Shown piece by piece: positions 41,609-51,869 of a DNA stretch of 64,000 bases; within the stretch, counting starts at the first letter, position 1; the number at the start of each line of letters is the position of its first letter. The position numbers and the translations under genes are program-made. The DNA is from Candidatus Doudnabacteria bacterium (GTDB lineage Bacteria > Patescibacteriota > Doudnabacteria > UBA920 > O2-02-FULL-48-8): assembly GCA_037200925.1 (NCBI GenBank), contig JBBCGO010000001.1:760235-824234 (forward strand), in the 5' to 3' direction. The notes under the pieces are model-generated. The model was not told where the DNA came from, ran no database searches, and saw only the letters and a list, made by a program, of their open reading frames with translations.

Positions 41609-43346
41609 ATGTTCGATTCACCGATTGACGAGATCAAATCCCGGCTGACCATTACTGAAGTTCTGGGAGATTATATCCAGATGAAGAAAGCCGGGACGAA
41701 TTTTAAAGCGGTTTGTCCGTTCCATTCGGAAAAAACGCCGTCTTTAATGGTGTCGCCGTCAAAACAGATCTGGCACTGCTTTGGCTGCGGCCTGGGCGGG
41801 GATATTTTTGAATTCATCAAACTGATAGAGAACGTAGAGTTTCCCGAAGCGCTTGCGGATCCTGGCGGACCGCGCCGGCGTAGAACTGAAAAAACCGACA
41901 GTTGAGCAGATCCAGATGGGGCGAGAAAAAAGATGTGCTGTTTGAGATCAACCTGCAAGCCGCCAAGTATTTTGCCAAAGTTCTGTGGGAATCCAATGCC
42001 GGTTCCGAAGCCCTATCTTACCTACGCAAGCGGGGACTGACCGATCAGACGATCAAAAATTGGCAGCTGGGTTTGCACCGGATGATTTTCATTACCTTGA
42101 GAATTTTTTGGCCAAAAGTTTTGACAAAAAAGATATTGAGCAGGCTGGTTTGATCGTCAAAAGCGACCGAGGTGATCACTTTGACCGTTTTCATGACCGG
42201 ATCATGTTCCCGATCACGAGTTTGCACGGCCAAGTTGTGGGCTTTACCGGCCGACTGCTTCACGATAAACCCAACACCGGCAAATACGTAAATAGCCCGG
42301 AGACCCCGATCTATAACAAGAGCCAGGTCATCTATGGTTTGTACCAGGGAAAAAATACGGTCCGCAAAGAAAATCGCGCAGTGGTTGTGGAAGGGAACAT
42401 GGATGTCATCGCCTGCCATCAGATCGGTTTTAGCCAAACTGTGGCTTCTTCCGGCACGGCCCTCACCGAGCAGCAGCTTTTGATTCTGCAAAGATTTACC
42501 AATAATCTTATTTTTGCTTTTGATTCAGACGCGGCCGGTTCCACGGCTACGAAACGGGCGTTGGAACTGGCGTTAAATCAGGGGTTCAATGTGAAGATCG
42601 CGGAGCTTGGAGGCGCCAAGGACCCGGATGAGCTGATCAGGCGGGGGATCGGGCTATGGGAGAAAGCGGTTGAGGGAGCGGAGAATTACGTTGACTTCTT
42701 TTTTGACCGGATCTTTGCGCAATATGATCCGACGAAAGTCGATGATAAGCGGCAAATCACCAAAGAACTGGGGCCTTTGATCTTTCGCGTGACAGACCCC
42801 GTATCGCGCGCGCATTATGTCAGAAAGCTGGCAAATGGCATCAATGTTGCAGAAAATAGCATCTGGGATATAATAAACAAGCTAAGTATGCCTAAACCGG
42901 TCCGTGCCGCCATCAAAAATGAGCCGCACAAGATGCGCCGGGAAGTGCTGATAGATCAGCTGTTAGGCCTAAGTATCAGTCAAAAGAACACTACAATGCT
43001 GCAGCAGTTCAAGCTGCAGGATTTTGGCCTACGGGCGGAAATATTCAGACTGCTCACCGAAAGCCAGCCTGATCTGGAAAAGTTAAGCCGAGCCAATCCC
43101 GAATTAGCCGCAACGCTGGAACTGCTCGTGTTTGCGGCAGAGATCGACCTGAAAGAGCAGCAACTGGACCCGAAAACCGAATTACCGAAGATCGCCGACC
43201 AGCTGCAGCAAATGGTCATTCGGCAGAGGATGCAAGAGCTGTCGGAGCAATTAAAGAACGCCGAGCAGAACAAGAATAAGATATTGATAGACGAGCTGTC
43301 AAAAGAATATATGATACTGAGCAACCGGATAAAAATTTCTAATTAA
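41609..43346 (+). CDS. dnaG: DNA primase DnaG; reading frame interrupted by three homopolymer-associated frameshifts in the first ~160 codons
   Basis: Zn-binding domain 'CPFHSEKTPS...CFGCG' in frame A. 'RILADRAGVELKKPT' in frame +1 after the T3C3 run at 41837-46. 'DVLFEINLQAAKYF' is in a third frame after the A7 run at 41934-40. 'FAPDDFHYLENF...' plus the TOPRIM 'EGNMDV', 'FDSDAAG' lie in a further frame after TTT 42072-74. Confidence 0.7.
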
Positions 43347-43357
43347 TAATTTTAAGC

Positions 43358-44585
43358 ATGGCTAAAGCAAAGAAGAAGAAAGTAAAAAAGGCAAAGAAAG
43401 CCGTTAAGAAAGTTATAAAGAAAGTCAGCAAGGCTGTAAAGGTGCGGTCGCGTATGCCTATGAAGCGGGAGCCCGAAAAAAAGACCGGGAGTTCTTTTGA
43501 TTGGGATAAAGCGGTTGACGACCTGGTCAAACGGGGAGTGGCGCGCGGGTTTCTGACCGAAGCTGAGGTCACGCACGCTTTGCCTGAAATGGAAAACAAT
43601 CTGCCGGCTCTGGAAAAACTGCTGGATGTTCTGGATTCCAAGGGCTTGGAGATCATGGATCAGGAAGTGGCCTCGGTCTGGCAGCAGGCGGCTGAATCGG
43701 CGCGCGTCAAGACGAAAAAAGAAGAGCAGATGGCAGAGTCCTACAATCTCGGAGATATTTATGACGATTCAATTCAAATGTATTTGCGCGAGATCGGCAA
43801 AACCGCTTTGCTGAAAGGCGTGGAAGAAGTTGAACTGGCAAAAAGGATCGGCAAAGGCGATGTGGCGGCCAGAAAAAGACTGATCGAAGCCAACTTGCGT
43901 TTGGTGGTATCTATTGCGAAAAAATACATGGGCCGCAACTTGGGGGCTTCTGGACCTGATCCAGGAAGGCAATCTCGGACTGTTCCGCGCGGTGGAGAAA
44001 TTTGACTGGCGCAAAGGCTACAAATTCTCAACTTACGCCACCTGGTGGATCCGCCAAGCCATCACACGCGCTCTGGCTGACCAGTCGCGCACGATCCGCA
44101 TTCCCGTGCATATGGTGGAAACGCTGAACAAATACGCTCAGGCGGAGCGCCAGCTGGTCCAGGACCTGGGACGCGAGCCTTTGCCGGAAGAGATTGCCTC
44201 TGAGATGGGCATTGAAGTTGAAAAAGTTTATCAGCTCAAGAAAATTTCTCAGGAAACCGTGTCCATAGACACGCCGGTGGGGGACAGCGATGAAGAAGAT
44301 TCGTACCTGGGCGATTTCATCGAAGACCCGGATACGGTCACGCCTTCGGAAACCGCGGGCCGGCAGATCCTGCGCGAATATGTCCAGGGGATCCTCAAGG
44401 ACCTGGATCCGCGCGAGCAGAAGATCTTGAAAATGCGATTTGGCCTGGAAGACGGGGTCACGCACACTTTGGAAGAGGTCGGCAAGGAATTCGGCGTCAC
44501 GCGCGAGCGCATCCGGCAGATAGAAGCCAAAGCCCTGGAGCGCATCAAGGATCACTATAATATTTCCAAACTGCGGGATTACTAA
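43358..44585 (+). CDS. rpoD: Primary sigma-70 factor RpoD with a Lys/Ala-rich N-terminal tail; one homopolymer frameshift
   Basis: Region 1.2/2 '[11 protein letters not shown]' continues as '[20 protein letters not shown]...[13 protein letters not shown]' in the +1 frame after the G5 run at 43942-46. Region 4 '[17 protein letters not shown]'. N-terminus '[27 protein letters not shown]'. Confidence 0.8.
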
Positions 44586-44598
44586 CAAAATTTTGAAA

Positions 44599-44640
44599 TA
44601 AAAAAAGAGGAGAGTACAAACATTGATGTTTGTACTCTCC
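44599..44640. terminator. Bidirectional hairpin terminator between rpoD and the convergent hydrolase gene
   Basis: 'GGAGAGTACAAACATTGATGTTTGTACTCTCC', with an A-run on the plus side and a T-run on the minus strand. Confidence 0.6.
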
Positions 44641-44674
44641 TTAAGTATTGTTCTAAAACCTCCTTAAGATTTTA

Positions 44675-47329
44675 TTACTTGCTTACTGACAAAGTCACGA
44701 ATCCGGAACTCAGATTCCCGGGATTATTAATGACCTTGAAGTAAACGGTGCCGACCAAATTCCATTGAACGTTGGACAAAGTGAGCTGCCCTTCGTTATT
44801 GAAAGTGGTTGCGGCCGGATAACAAGTAGTGGTTGCGGGTCCGCATGCGTACGCCTGTGACCCGTTGACGAAACCAGAACCGATGAGCGTCACCGTGAAT
44901 GGCTTGGCAGCGTGCGGTGCGATGTTTGTCGTCAAGCGGCTGAGCACCAGCGGTTTTGGAATAGGCGCAAGATAGACGAAATACGAGATCGTCGTTCCTC
45001 CCGCCAGATTCTGGGTCGCTGACGGCGAGATCGAGCTGATGATGAATCCGGAGGGAGCCATGCATACAAGCGCATAGTTGCCAGCGGGCTTTCCGGTCAG
45101 GTTCATCGGCGCAACCGTTGCAACTCCATTGAGCGTGCATCCGATGTTGCCATTGCCGCCGATCACATAAAGGTTGATCCCTCCTGTTGGCGGCAATTTC
45201 GTGAGCGTAACTGTGAAGCTCACCGTTCCTCCGCCCAGAAGGTTCTGGAAAGAGGTAGGTGAAATTGAGGTTACGGTGTAACCAATCGGAGCGACGCATG
45301 ACGACAAGGTATAGTTGCCAATAGTCTGATTACTCAAACTGGTAGGAACGCTACTAATTGTCTGGGTGCCCGAGGGTTTCGTGAGAATGCAGGACAGGCC
45401 GCCGTTGAGAACCGCTCCATCCTTGATGCCAAAGATGTTGACGGTGCCGGTGGGCGGAGCCGTAACCGTTATCGCGATTTTGGTTTTGGCGATCAGATTG
45501 CCCATCGTTGCCCAGAATTCGAAGCTGTATGTTCCCGGGATGGTGGTGGGACCCGGGGTGAGAGTGGCCTGGACAGAGATGCTTCCGTTTGCGGCGATCG
45601 CAATCTGACCTGACGTGTAGCTGTTGTAGCTGAAGCCGGCAGGACAAGCCAGCGAGCAGTAGAAATTCACAGTCACGTTTCCGGCTGTGTTGTTCTTCGG
45701 TTGCAGAGTTGCGCTGGCAGACACCAACTGTCCGGCAACCACAGATTTGGTCTGTGTATCCGGCGTGAAGGTGAGGGTTGGCGGTGGCAGGGCGACAGTG
45801 AAACTGTCCGAAGGATTCGACCAAGCTCCGGCATCGGTGTTGCGGAACTTAAAGAAGTAGCTGCCCGCGCCCAGTTGGAGGTTGTGCATCGTCAGACTAA
45901 TGCTTGTGACATTAGTTACCCCAACATCAGGATGTCTGCAACCGGCAGGACATCCGTTGGAACCAAATACCCAGACCTGGGTTTGTCCGAGAACAAAGTT
46001 GGTTCCGGTTCCCAAGGCGTCAAAATTCGTATTTGCAATTGGTGCGAATACCGCAATTTTGCCAATGGTGGGTTGAAGCGGCGCAGGCTTGTTGATCTGC
46101 ACTTGGCAGGTGGCTGTGACTGTCTGTTTGGGATTGCCGCTGTCGGTGACCGTGAAGGTGGCCGTGACAGTGCCAGCCTGAGCCGAAGTCGGTGCGGTAT
46201 ACGCGACAGAAGGAAAGCCGCCAGAAACAGCGCCTCCCCAACTGTGAGTAACCGTGCCTGTACCAAAGGAGTAGCTGCTGCTAAAGAGAGTGGCTTGTCC
46301 CGGATAGAGAAAGGCAGGGCTGGCGGAGCAGGAGGCCGTGAGGGGCGGGATCGGCGGGCCGATAGGCACGACGGGGAGCGAGGCTTCCATCTGCCGGTAG
46401 ATCTGTTTTTGAGTGGCAGAGCCATCGGCCATGTACCTAGACAAGTCATGGCCAGCTATTCCGTAGCCGATTTTGATCGCATCCCCAATCGCACCAAAAA
46501 GGCTTAGGAAAGCATCATCAACGGATTTGGCAAAGCAGGAAAGCCCGATATCATTTACATTCCAAGGCAAAGCTTTCTTAAAGCCGGCCATGCTCGGAGT
46601 CAGATAAATGAAATCACTACATTCTGTGGTATACATCTGCCTACCGTCAGCCACGTAGTTGGCGGGGGTGGCAATTGCAATCACAGAAAGTTGATTGGAA
46701 TCGGGCAATTTCTTCCCCTTACCATCAGCGTCTCGCAGACGGATACCATATTCCAAGTTGGCGTAAAAATTGCCTTGGCTATGGCCGACTAGCACCACGC
46801 GATAACCTTTGGCCCATAAGTCAAGTACAGCCTGATCCAAGGTTGCCAGGTCAGGATCGTCTTTGAACTGATCCTCTTGGAACTCCAAGGCACCGGCCAT
46901 AAAAGCTATGTGCGCCTTAGGATTGGTGTTCAGCAGGCTTGAGTCATTGAGATACTTGTCCACCTCCGAGAGAGCCATCTGGTCAATTGCCTGTGCGCTG
47001 TCGCCCTTTAGCAAAAAGGTCTTGAGCTTGCCAGCGCTATGGTTGTAGAGAGGATAGAAGATAGTGGTGGTGGTGTCGAGCATGGGATGAGCAGCGAAGA
47101 ATTTTTTTCTCATATCTTCGACTGTGTTTGCCCACACCACGTTGCCAGGTGTCAGAACGCCGTTGATTTTCTGATCGGTGACCAAAACCCCATTCACCCA
47201 GATGAACACAGCGCAGGTCCCGACCTTGAGACATGGTTGAACTGTCGTTGCCTGCGCCATTGCCTGGGCACTGGACAAAACCAGCAGACAGAACAGAATC
47301 ACGGTACGAACGAAACTATTTCTCATCAT
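44675..47329 (-). CDS. Secreted alpha/beta-hydrolase (GHSQG nucleophile elbow; lipase/esterase-like) with C-terminal Ig-like/beta-sandwich repeats
   Basis: Signal peptide 'VILFCLLVLSSAQAMA'. 'VVLVGHSQGNFY'. Multiple 'TATFTVTDSG'/'TVT' beta-rich repeats. GC-rich. RBS AGGAGG. Confidence 0.6.
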   Translation of the reverse strand: MMRNSFVRTVILFCLLVLSSAQAMAQATTVQPCLKVGTCAVFIWVNGVLVTDQKINGVLTPGNVVWANTVEDMRKKFFAAHPMLDTTTTIFYPLYNHSAGKLKTFLLKGDSAQAIDQMALSEVDKYLNDSSLLNTNPKAHIAFMAGALEFQEDQFKDDPDLATLDQAVLDLWAKGYRVVLVGHSQGNFYANLEYGIRLRDADGKGKKLPDSNQLSVIAIATPANYVADGRQMYTTECSDFIYLTPSMAGFKKALPWNVNDIGLSCFAKSVDDAFLSLFGAIGDAIKIGYGIAGHDLSRYMADGSATQKQIYRQMEASLPVVPIGPPIPPLTASCSASPAFLYPGQATLFSSSYSFGTGTVTHSWGGAVSGGFPSVAYTAPTSAQAGTVTATFTVTDSGNPKQTVTATCQVQINKPAPLQPTIGKIAVFAPIANTNFDALGTGTNFVLGQTQVWVFGSNGCPAGCRHPDVGVTNVTSISLTMHNLQLGAGSYFFKFRNTDAGAWSNPSDSFTVALPPPTLTFTPDTQTKSVVAGQLVSASATLQPKNNTAGNVTVNFYCSLACPAGFSYNSYTSGQIAIAANGSISVQATLTPGPTTIPGTYSFEFWATMGNLIAKTKIAITVTAPPTGTVNIFGIKDGAVLNGGLSCILTKPSGTQTISSVPTSLSNQTIGNYTLSSCVAPIGYTVTSISPTSFQNLLGGGTVSFTVTLTKLPPTGGINLYVIGGNGNIGCTLNGVATVAPMNLTGKPAGNYALVCMAPSGFIISSISPSATQNLAGGTTISYFVYLAPIPKPLVLSRLTTNIAPHAAKPFTVTLIGSGFVNGSQAYACGPATTTCYPAATTFNNEGQLTLSNVQWNLVGTVYFKVINNPGNLSSGFVTLSVSK

Positions 47330-47426
47330 TCCTCCTATGGGATCGGCAAAACAAAAAACACCGCCAGTCTTAGGATTAAGAATTGTTTGTGTTTATATTT
47401 TAGAGTTTTTTTTCCCCTCCTAGCTA

Positions 47427-47438
47427 CCAGTAATTACT
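47427..47438. promoter_or_regulatory. Perfect 12-bp palindrome CAGTAATTACTG with flanking ACCAGTAA direct repeats, upstream of the hydrolase gene
   Basis: Operator-like. Lies 100 bp upstream of the ATG at 47329 (minus strand). Confidence 0.3.
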
Positions 47439-47470
47439 GATAACCAGTAAGGGAAAGAAAAAGCATTTAT

Positions 47471-48055
47471 TTAGTATTGGCCTTGGACTAGAGGTTGGGT
47501 GCAGGCCTGGATCGTTCCATAAACTGGATTTCCGTAAGGAAGAGCTGTATTACTATTTTCTCTAGCTTTTTGGAGACGTTCTGGTGTGTTTCGCACAAGA
47601 CTAATCAAATAATTAGATTTTGAGTGATCTGTCGGACTATTACCAAAAGCTAGGTAATTATAACAATCCAAGAAAGAAAGAGAAGATACTTCCAGTTCCT
47701 TAAAGTGTTCGTGATCGCCAGTGGTGGTAATTATGTCTTGTTCTTTCTTCACCATAGCCCTTAGCACCCTTCTGATTTGGTCATTTTGAGGATACATATA
47801 GACTATTTCTCTTTGTAGATCGTCCCGAACTCCATCATGATCCGAGTCTATGCCAGCCAAAGTTGCTTTCCCAGCTTCTCCTGGATCTGGCGGAAGGACT
47901 ACCGGGACATCAGTAGCCGGGGGAGGAAGACCTCTAGTAGATAGCGGTTGCGGCAGGACCGGGTGATTAGCGCGGTATTGTCTTAAGCCAATTACTGCCA
48001 CTGTCACAGCAATTATTAGTATACCTGCTATCCAATATACTTTGTTCATATTCAT
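47471..48055 (-). CDS. Hypothetical membrane-anchored exported protein
   Basis: N-terminal TM 'VYWIAGILIIAVTVAVIGL'. Pro-rich linker. Confidence 0.4.
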   Translation of the reverse strand: MNMNKVYWIAGILIIAVTVAVIGLRQYRANHPVLPQPLSTRGLPPPATDVPVVLPPDPGEAGKATLAGIDSDHDGVRDDLQREIVYMYPQNDQIRRVLRAMVKKEQDIITTTGDHEHFKELEVSSLSFLDCYNYLAFGNSPTDHSKSNYLISLVRNTPERLQKARENSNTALPYGNPVYGTIQACTQPLVQGQY

Positions 48056-48202
48056 TATTTTAGGTCTTTCTTAGCTAAATTAGCTATTATTGATAATTAT
48101 ATCATCTTTTTTGCCTCCTATATATTGTCAAAGAACGGTATCATGGCTTTCTTGCTTTGAAGCCAAGCTACTTTAACTTGGAAGCATAAGTGATTTTACA
48201 AT

Positions 48203-48400
48203 TGTTGTCAATCATTAACAGCAATTTAAAACTGATTTCTTTTGAACCAAAAAAAGTTGGCGGAAGCCAACTTGTTTTAGCCAATGTTTAATTGCCTTTA
48301 TATTAAATTGTTGGTATATTATAACAGTAGAATCAGCGAATTTCTTTTTGACTAGGCCTACTGTCAGCATTCATAAACAAATATGGACTTATGGCCTAAA
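48203..48400 (+). repeat. About 185-bp direct repeat, copy A (duplicate of the TrmB-like gene promoter/5' end, with truncated start ATGGACTTATGGCCTAAATAG)
   Basis: About 90% identical to 50857-51058. Contains the imperfect palindrome 'TTGTTGTCAATCATTAACAGCAA' and a TATATTATAA -10-like element. Confidence 0.65.
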
Positions 48401-48404
48401 TAGT

Positions 48405-48438
48405 TGAAAAAAGCCGGACGATCGTCCGGCTTTTTTTA
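48405..48438. terminator. Bidirectional terminator (palindrome CCGGACGATCGTCCGG flanked by A-run/T-run), copy 1
   Basis: The same palindrome recurs at 51835-51850. Confidence 0.6.
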
Positions 48439-48464
48439 GTTTTAGAACAATAGTTACTATTACT

Positions 48465-49037
48465 TCATTCATCAAAAATTACTCCTTGTTTAATTAAGAA
48501 GCCTTTCTCGTCTGGAGTAATATTGAGCATCGCAGCGCTTTCGTGGGTTATCACACTTCCAATCATTTGTCGGTTATTGTAGAAAGTAGGATCTTCAAGA
48601 CCATAAAATTGTTTATCGCTATGCGGCCACCAAACTAAAAGAGTCTCATTTAGCTTTTGCTTCATTTTGTCTGACAAGTTAAAAAAGTAATGAACAAATA
48701 ATTTATTTTTATTCCAAACACCTTGTTCAATATCATTGTATTTCGTATTATCCCTTACTTCTTTTACGAAATCTTCTTTCAATTCACTAAATTGCTTCAA
48801 AAATCTCTGTTCCTTCTCAACGAAACCTGGTTCTACTGACGATTTACCCATTTCAAAATTAATAAAATTTAAGAAATTCAATTTTTTTGAAAAATATCGG
48901 GTAAATCTAACGGTATTGGAATTTGTGAAAAAGAAATTCCTGATTGCCGGTTCGGTCGCATCACTTCTGCTAAACCAAACCATATATTCTTTTGTCTTGT
49001 ATTCGTTTTCGTTCATACAGTTGCTTTTTTCTTCCAC
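48465..49037 (-). CDS. Hypothetical cytoplasmic protein (AT-rich gene)
   Basis: 190 aa, GC much lower than its neighbours. No recognisable motif. Confidence 0.4.
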   Translation of the reverse strand: MEEKSNCMNENEYKTKEYMVWFSRSDATEPAIRNFFFTNSNTVRFTRYFSKKLNFLNFINFEMGKSSVEPGFVEKEQRFLKQFSELKEDFVKEVRDNTKYNDIEQGVWNKNKLFVHYFFNLSDKMKQKLNETLLVWWPHSDKQFYGLEDPTFYNNRQMIGSVITHESAAMLNITPDEKGFLIKQGVIFDE

Positions 49038-49576
49038 CTCCTGTGAGTGAAATATGAACCAATAAGAGCAATCACCCCACCTAAAACAAAGTAAGATGGG
49101 CTCATTATCAAAATTACCAATAGGGGCAGTAATAAAACTAATAACTGTGCTTGTGCAGTTTTCAAAGAATATAGGTATGTTTGTTCAATTTGACCCTTAA
49201 GCATATTTGGATTTTTCTTTAATGCTTTGAAGATCACTATATTTCGTAGATGATTAGCATTGATATATACCATCGTAGTAAACAATAAACCTGGGATTAT
49301 GGCAAAACTTTGAGAGTTATAAATAATATTCTTTTGAGATAAATAATAAAATAAATAGATAAGCAAAGAGACTAAGACTACATACAATAAATGACGGAAG
49401 TTATATTTAAATTCCGCAACGTTTTTCTGAAACATTGGATTCATTTCGTAATTATCAGCTTTAATATGTTCAGAATAACCTTGTGTATATAATCTTGCCC
49501 CTTTAATGGTCAAATAAAAATCTAAGAACATTAGAGCGGCTGTTACGATGATTATAAAGAATACATTGTGGATCAT
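49013..49576 (-). CDS. Hypothetical integral membrane protein (AT-rich gene)
   Basis: 187 aa, 4-5 TM. Overlaps the downstream gene by 25 nt. Confidence 0.4.
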   Translation of the reverse strand: MIHNVFFIIIVTAALMFLDFYLTIKGARLYTQGYSEHIKADNYEMNPMFQKNVAEFKYNFRHLLYVVLVSLLIYLFYYLSQKNIIYNSQSFAIIPGLLFTTMVYINANHLRNIVIFKALKKNPNMLKGQIEQTYLYSLKTAQAQLLVLLLPLLVILIMSPSYFVLGGVIALIGSYFTHRRWKKKATV

Positions 49577-49686
49577 AATGGTTTTAACATAAAATATTCT
49601 AGAGTTAGTATACTTATATATTTATTTAAGATTACTAAAAGAAACTACTAGTGGCATCGTTCCTAGCAATTCCGCGGGTTTTTATA

Positions 49687-49914
49687 TTATTTTTCAGTTT
49701 TAAAAATGTCAGATACAAAGTAACAATGATAGCCCATTTTTTCAATAGCGACCAGGAGTTGTTCTTTAGTAGTACCAAACTGGGGATCATACGCAATTTC
49801 AATAAAGCCAGTATGAATTCCGACCCAAAGAACACCCGGTAAATCTATACCATTGTCAAAATCCTCATTGCTATCACTGCGAAGATTGTCTACTGTAAAA
49901 GTTAATATATTCAT
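49687..49914 (-). CDS. Hypothetical small protein
   Basis: 75 aa, no motif. Confidence 0.3.
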   Translation of the reverse strand: MNILTFTVDNLRSDSNEDFDNGIDLPGVLWVGIHTGFIEIAYDPQFGTTKEQLLVAIEKMGYHCYFVSDIFKTEK

Positions 49915-49983
49915 ATATTGATAAAATTTAATAAGTAGACCAGTGGTATAGAGATTTTTCTATACCACTGGAGATGACCGGGC

Positions 49984-50700
49984 TTACAAAGCGAGGAGCA
50001 AACCCCAGATTGCACCGGCGATTGTGCCTGCTGCTCCCGATAACAACCATGAATAAAGGTTGATTCCGACAGCAGAGAGCGACTGTTGCATAGCGTTCTG
50101 GATAACGATCTGCAGATCGTGGAAGTTCGGACAGGGTGGAGTGGCCAAGCAGAGCCACTTATTCCGAGAATCGTAGATCACAAATCGTTTGCAAACAACG
50201 CCACTGCCATTTCGTGTTGTAGCCGTCCCAATGTGCAGATGCGACCACGCTTTTGAATCCGGTGTGTTTACATTTGCCTTGATGGTGATATGGAAATGAT
50301 CCACTGGATTTGTCACACATGGGGCAAGCGGATGAGGCGGTTCACTGTCGTGAGAGCCGACGTAGATGTATGCGACACCAAGATTTACACCCACATCACT
50401 TGGGTTCAAACGGCCGTTAGTTCGTGACTGCAAACTGCCGTCAGTGAGGTTCAAGCCAATTTCGCCACCAGCGGCGACAATCGCTTCCAATCCTGCGGGG
50501 TCGATTTGCTGCCCGGCAGGATTCGAGATCGTCGTCGTACCATCCGGAGCTACAGTGACTTGGTATGCTCCTGATTGAGAGCTGGCGCCAGGAGGGGAGT
50601 CAGCCATGATTTGGCTTGGTTGAGTCGACAGCTTGTTGCATCCAACCATACCCAGCATAGAGAGAGCGACGAGTACGACGAGTGCTCTTCGTTGTCTCAT
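49984..50700 (-). CDS. Putative lipoprotein
   Basis: Signal peptide with lipobox 'LGMVGC'. 238 aa. Confidence 0.45.
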   Translation of the reverse strand: MRQRRALVVLVALSMLGMVGCNKLSTQPSQIMADSPPGASSQSGAYQVTVAPDGTTTISNPAGQQIDPAGLEAIVAAGGEIGLNLTDGSLQSRTNGRLNPSDVGVNLGVAYIYVGSHDSEPPHPLAPCVTNPVDHFHITIKANVNTPDSKAWSHLHIGTATTRNGSGVVCKRFVIYDSRNKWLCLATPPCPNFHDLQIVIQNAMQQSLSAVGINLYSWLLSGAAGTIAGAIWGLLLAL

Positions 50701-50856
50701 TCTATCATCCTACCTTTTGAAGCCGTTGTCAATTAGGACTAAAAACAGTCCTGTGAAGCGTCTCTTGAGATCCTCCTTGAATCTGAAAAAAGACAAATCG
50801 ACCGCGATGTTTGGATAGGTCTTTTTGTCTTTGATTTAAGTCTACGCTATTAAAGT

Positions 50857-51058
50857 TTGTTGTCAATCATTAACAGCAATTTAAAACTGATTTCTTTTGA
50901 GCCAAAAAAAGTTGGCAGAAGCCAACCGGTTTTGACCAATGTTTAATTGCCTTTATATTAAATTGTTGGTATATTATAACAGTAGAAGTTGCGGGTTTTC
51001 TTTTTTACCCCTCTACTGTCAATATTCATAAACAAATATGGATTTATTGCTTAAACAA
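50857..51058 (+). repeat. About 185-bp direct repeat, copy B (native promoter/operator region and start of the TrmB-like gene)
   Basis: See copy A. Confidence 0.65.
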
Positions 51059-51823
51059 CTCATAGATTTCGGCCTTTCCGACAAAGAGGCGAAGATATAC
51101 CTCGCTTTGCTTAAACTGGAAGCGGCAACAGTGTTTGAGGTAGCGAAGCAATCGGGGATCAATCGAAGTTCGGCTTATGTTGTCTTGGAAGCCTTGAAGA
51201 AAAAAGGCCTGGTCGGGGTTTCAGACGATAAAAAGGTCCGCAGGTACGTCGCAGCTTCTCCGGAAACCTTGCTTTACGCGGCAAAAAGCACCGCCAAAAA
51301 ACAGGAAAATATAAAATCCGGAATAGAATCAATTCTTCCTGAACTGAAAGCCTTACACAAAGATACAAAACGAAAACCAAAAGTGAAAGTGTTCGAAGGT
51401 GAAAATGGCGCAAGAGAAGTATATTTGGATCCTTTTCGAACAAAGACTAAAGAATTTAGAACTTTTGCAAATCCAATAAATATATTCAAGCGCGTTCCTG
51501 ATCTGATGCAAGAGTATGATAAAGAAACAGAGGGAAGTGGTGGAATCAAAATGTATTTCATAAATCCTGCAACCAAAGAACTGTTGGAGTTATATAAACA
51601 TATATCACCTCCTAAACATGCTGAAATTTCTTTAATTCCGGAAGACAAATTCAAATTCTCGTCTGATATGGGGATATATGGCGACAAAGTCTCTCTTGTT
51701 TCTCCAAAAGATAATTTTGGGATTATCATTGAGAGTAAAGAGATTGCCGATATGCTTAAAAATAGTTTTGATCTGGCGTGGGAAGAAGCGAAAAGATTAA
51801 ATAAAAAAATAAAGAAGTCTTAG
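51038..51823 (+). CDS. TrmB-family transcriptional regulator
   Basis: N-terminal wHTH 'LSDKEAKIYLALLKLEAATVFEVAKQSGINRSSAYVVLEALKKKGLV'. Confidence 0.65.
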   Translation: MDLLLKQLIDFGLSDKEAKIYLALLKLEAATVFEVAKQSGINRSSAYVVLEALKKKGLVGVSDDKKVRRYVAASPETLLYAAKSTAKKQENIKSGIESILPELKALHKDTKRKPKVKVFEGENGAREVYLDPFRTKTKEFRTFANPINIFKRVPDLMQEYDKETEGSGGIKMYFINPATKELLELYKHISPPKHAEISLIPEDKFKFSSDMGIYGDKVSLVSPKDNFGIIIESKEIADMLKNSFDLAWEEAKRLNKKIKKS

Positions 51824-51826
51824 CAA

Positions 51827-51858
51827 TAAAAAAACCGGACGATCGTCCGGTTTTTTTA
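51827..51858. terminator. Bidirectional terminator (CCGGACGATCGTCCGG), copy 2
   Basis: A-run, palindrome, then T-run, between convergent genes. Confidence 0.6.
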
Positions 51859-51869
51859 GTTCATTCTTT

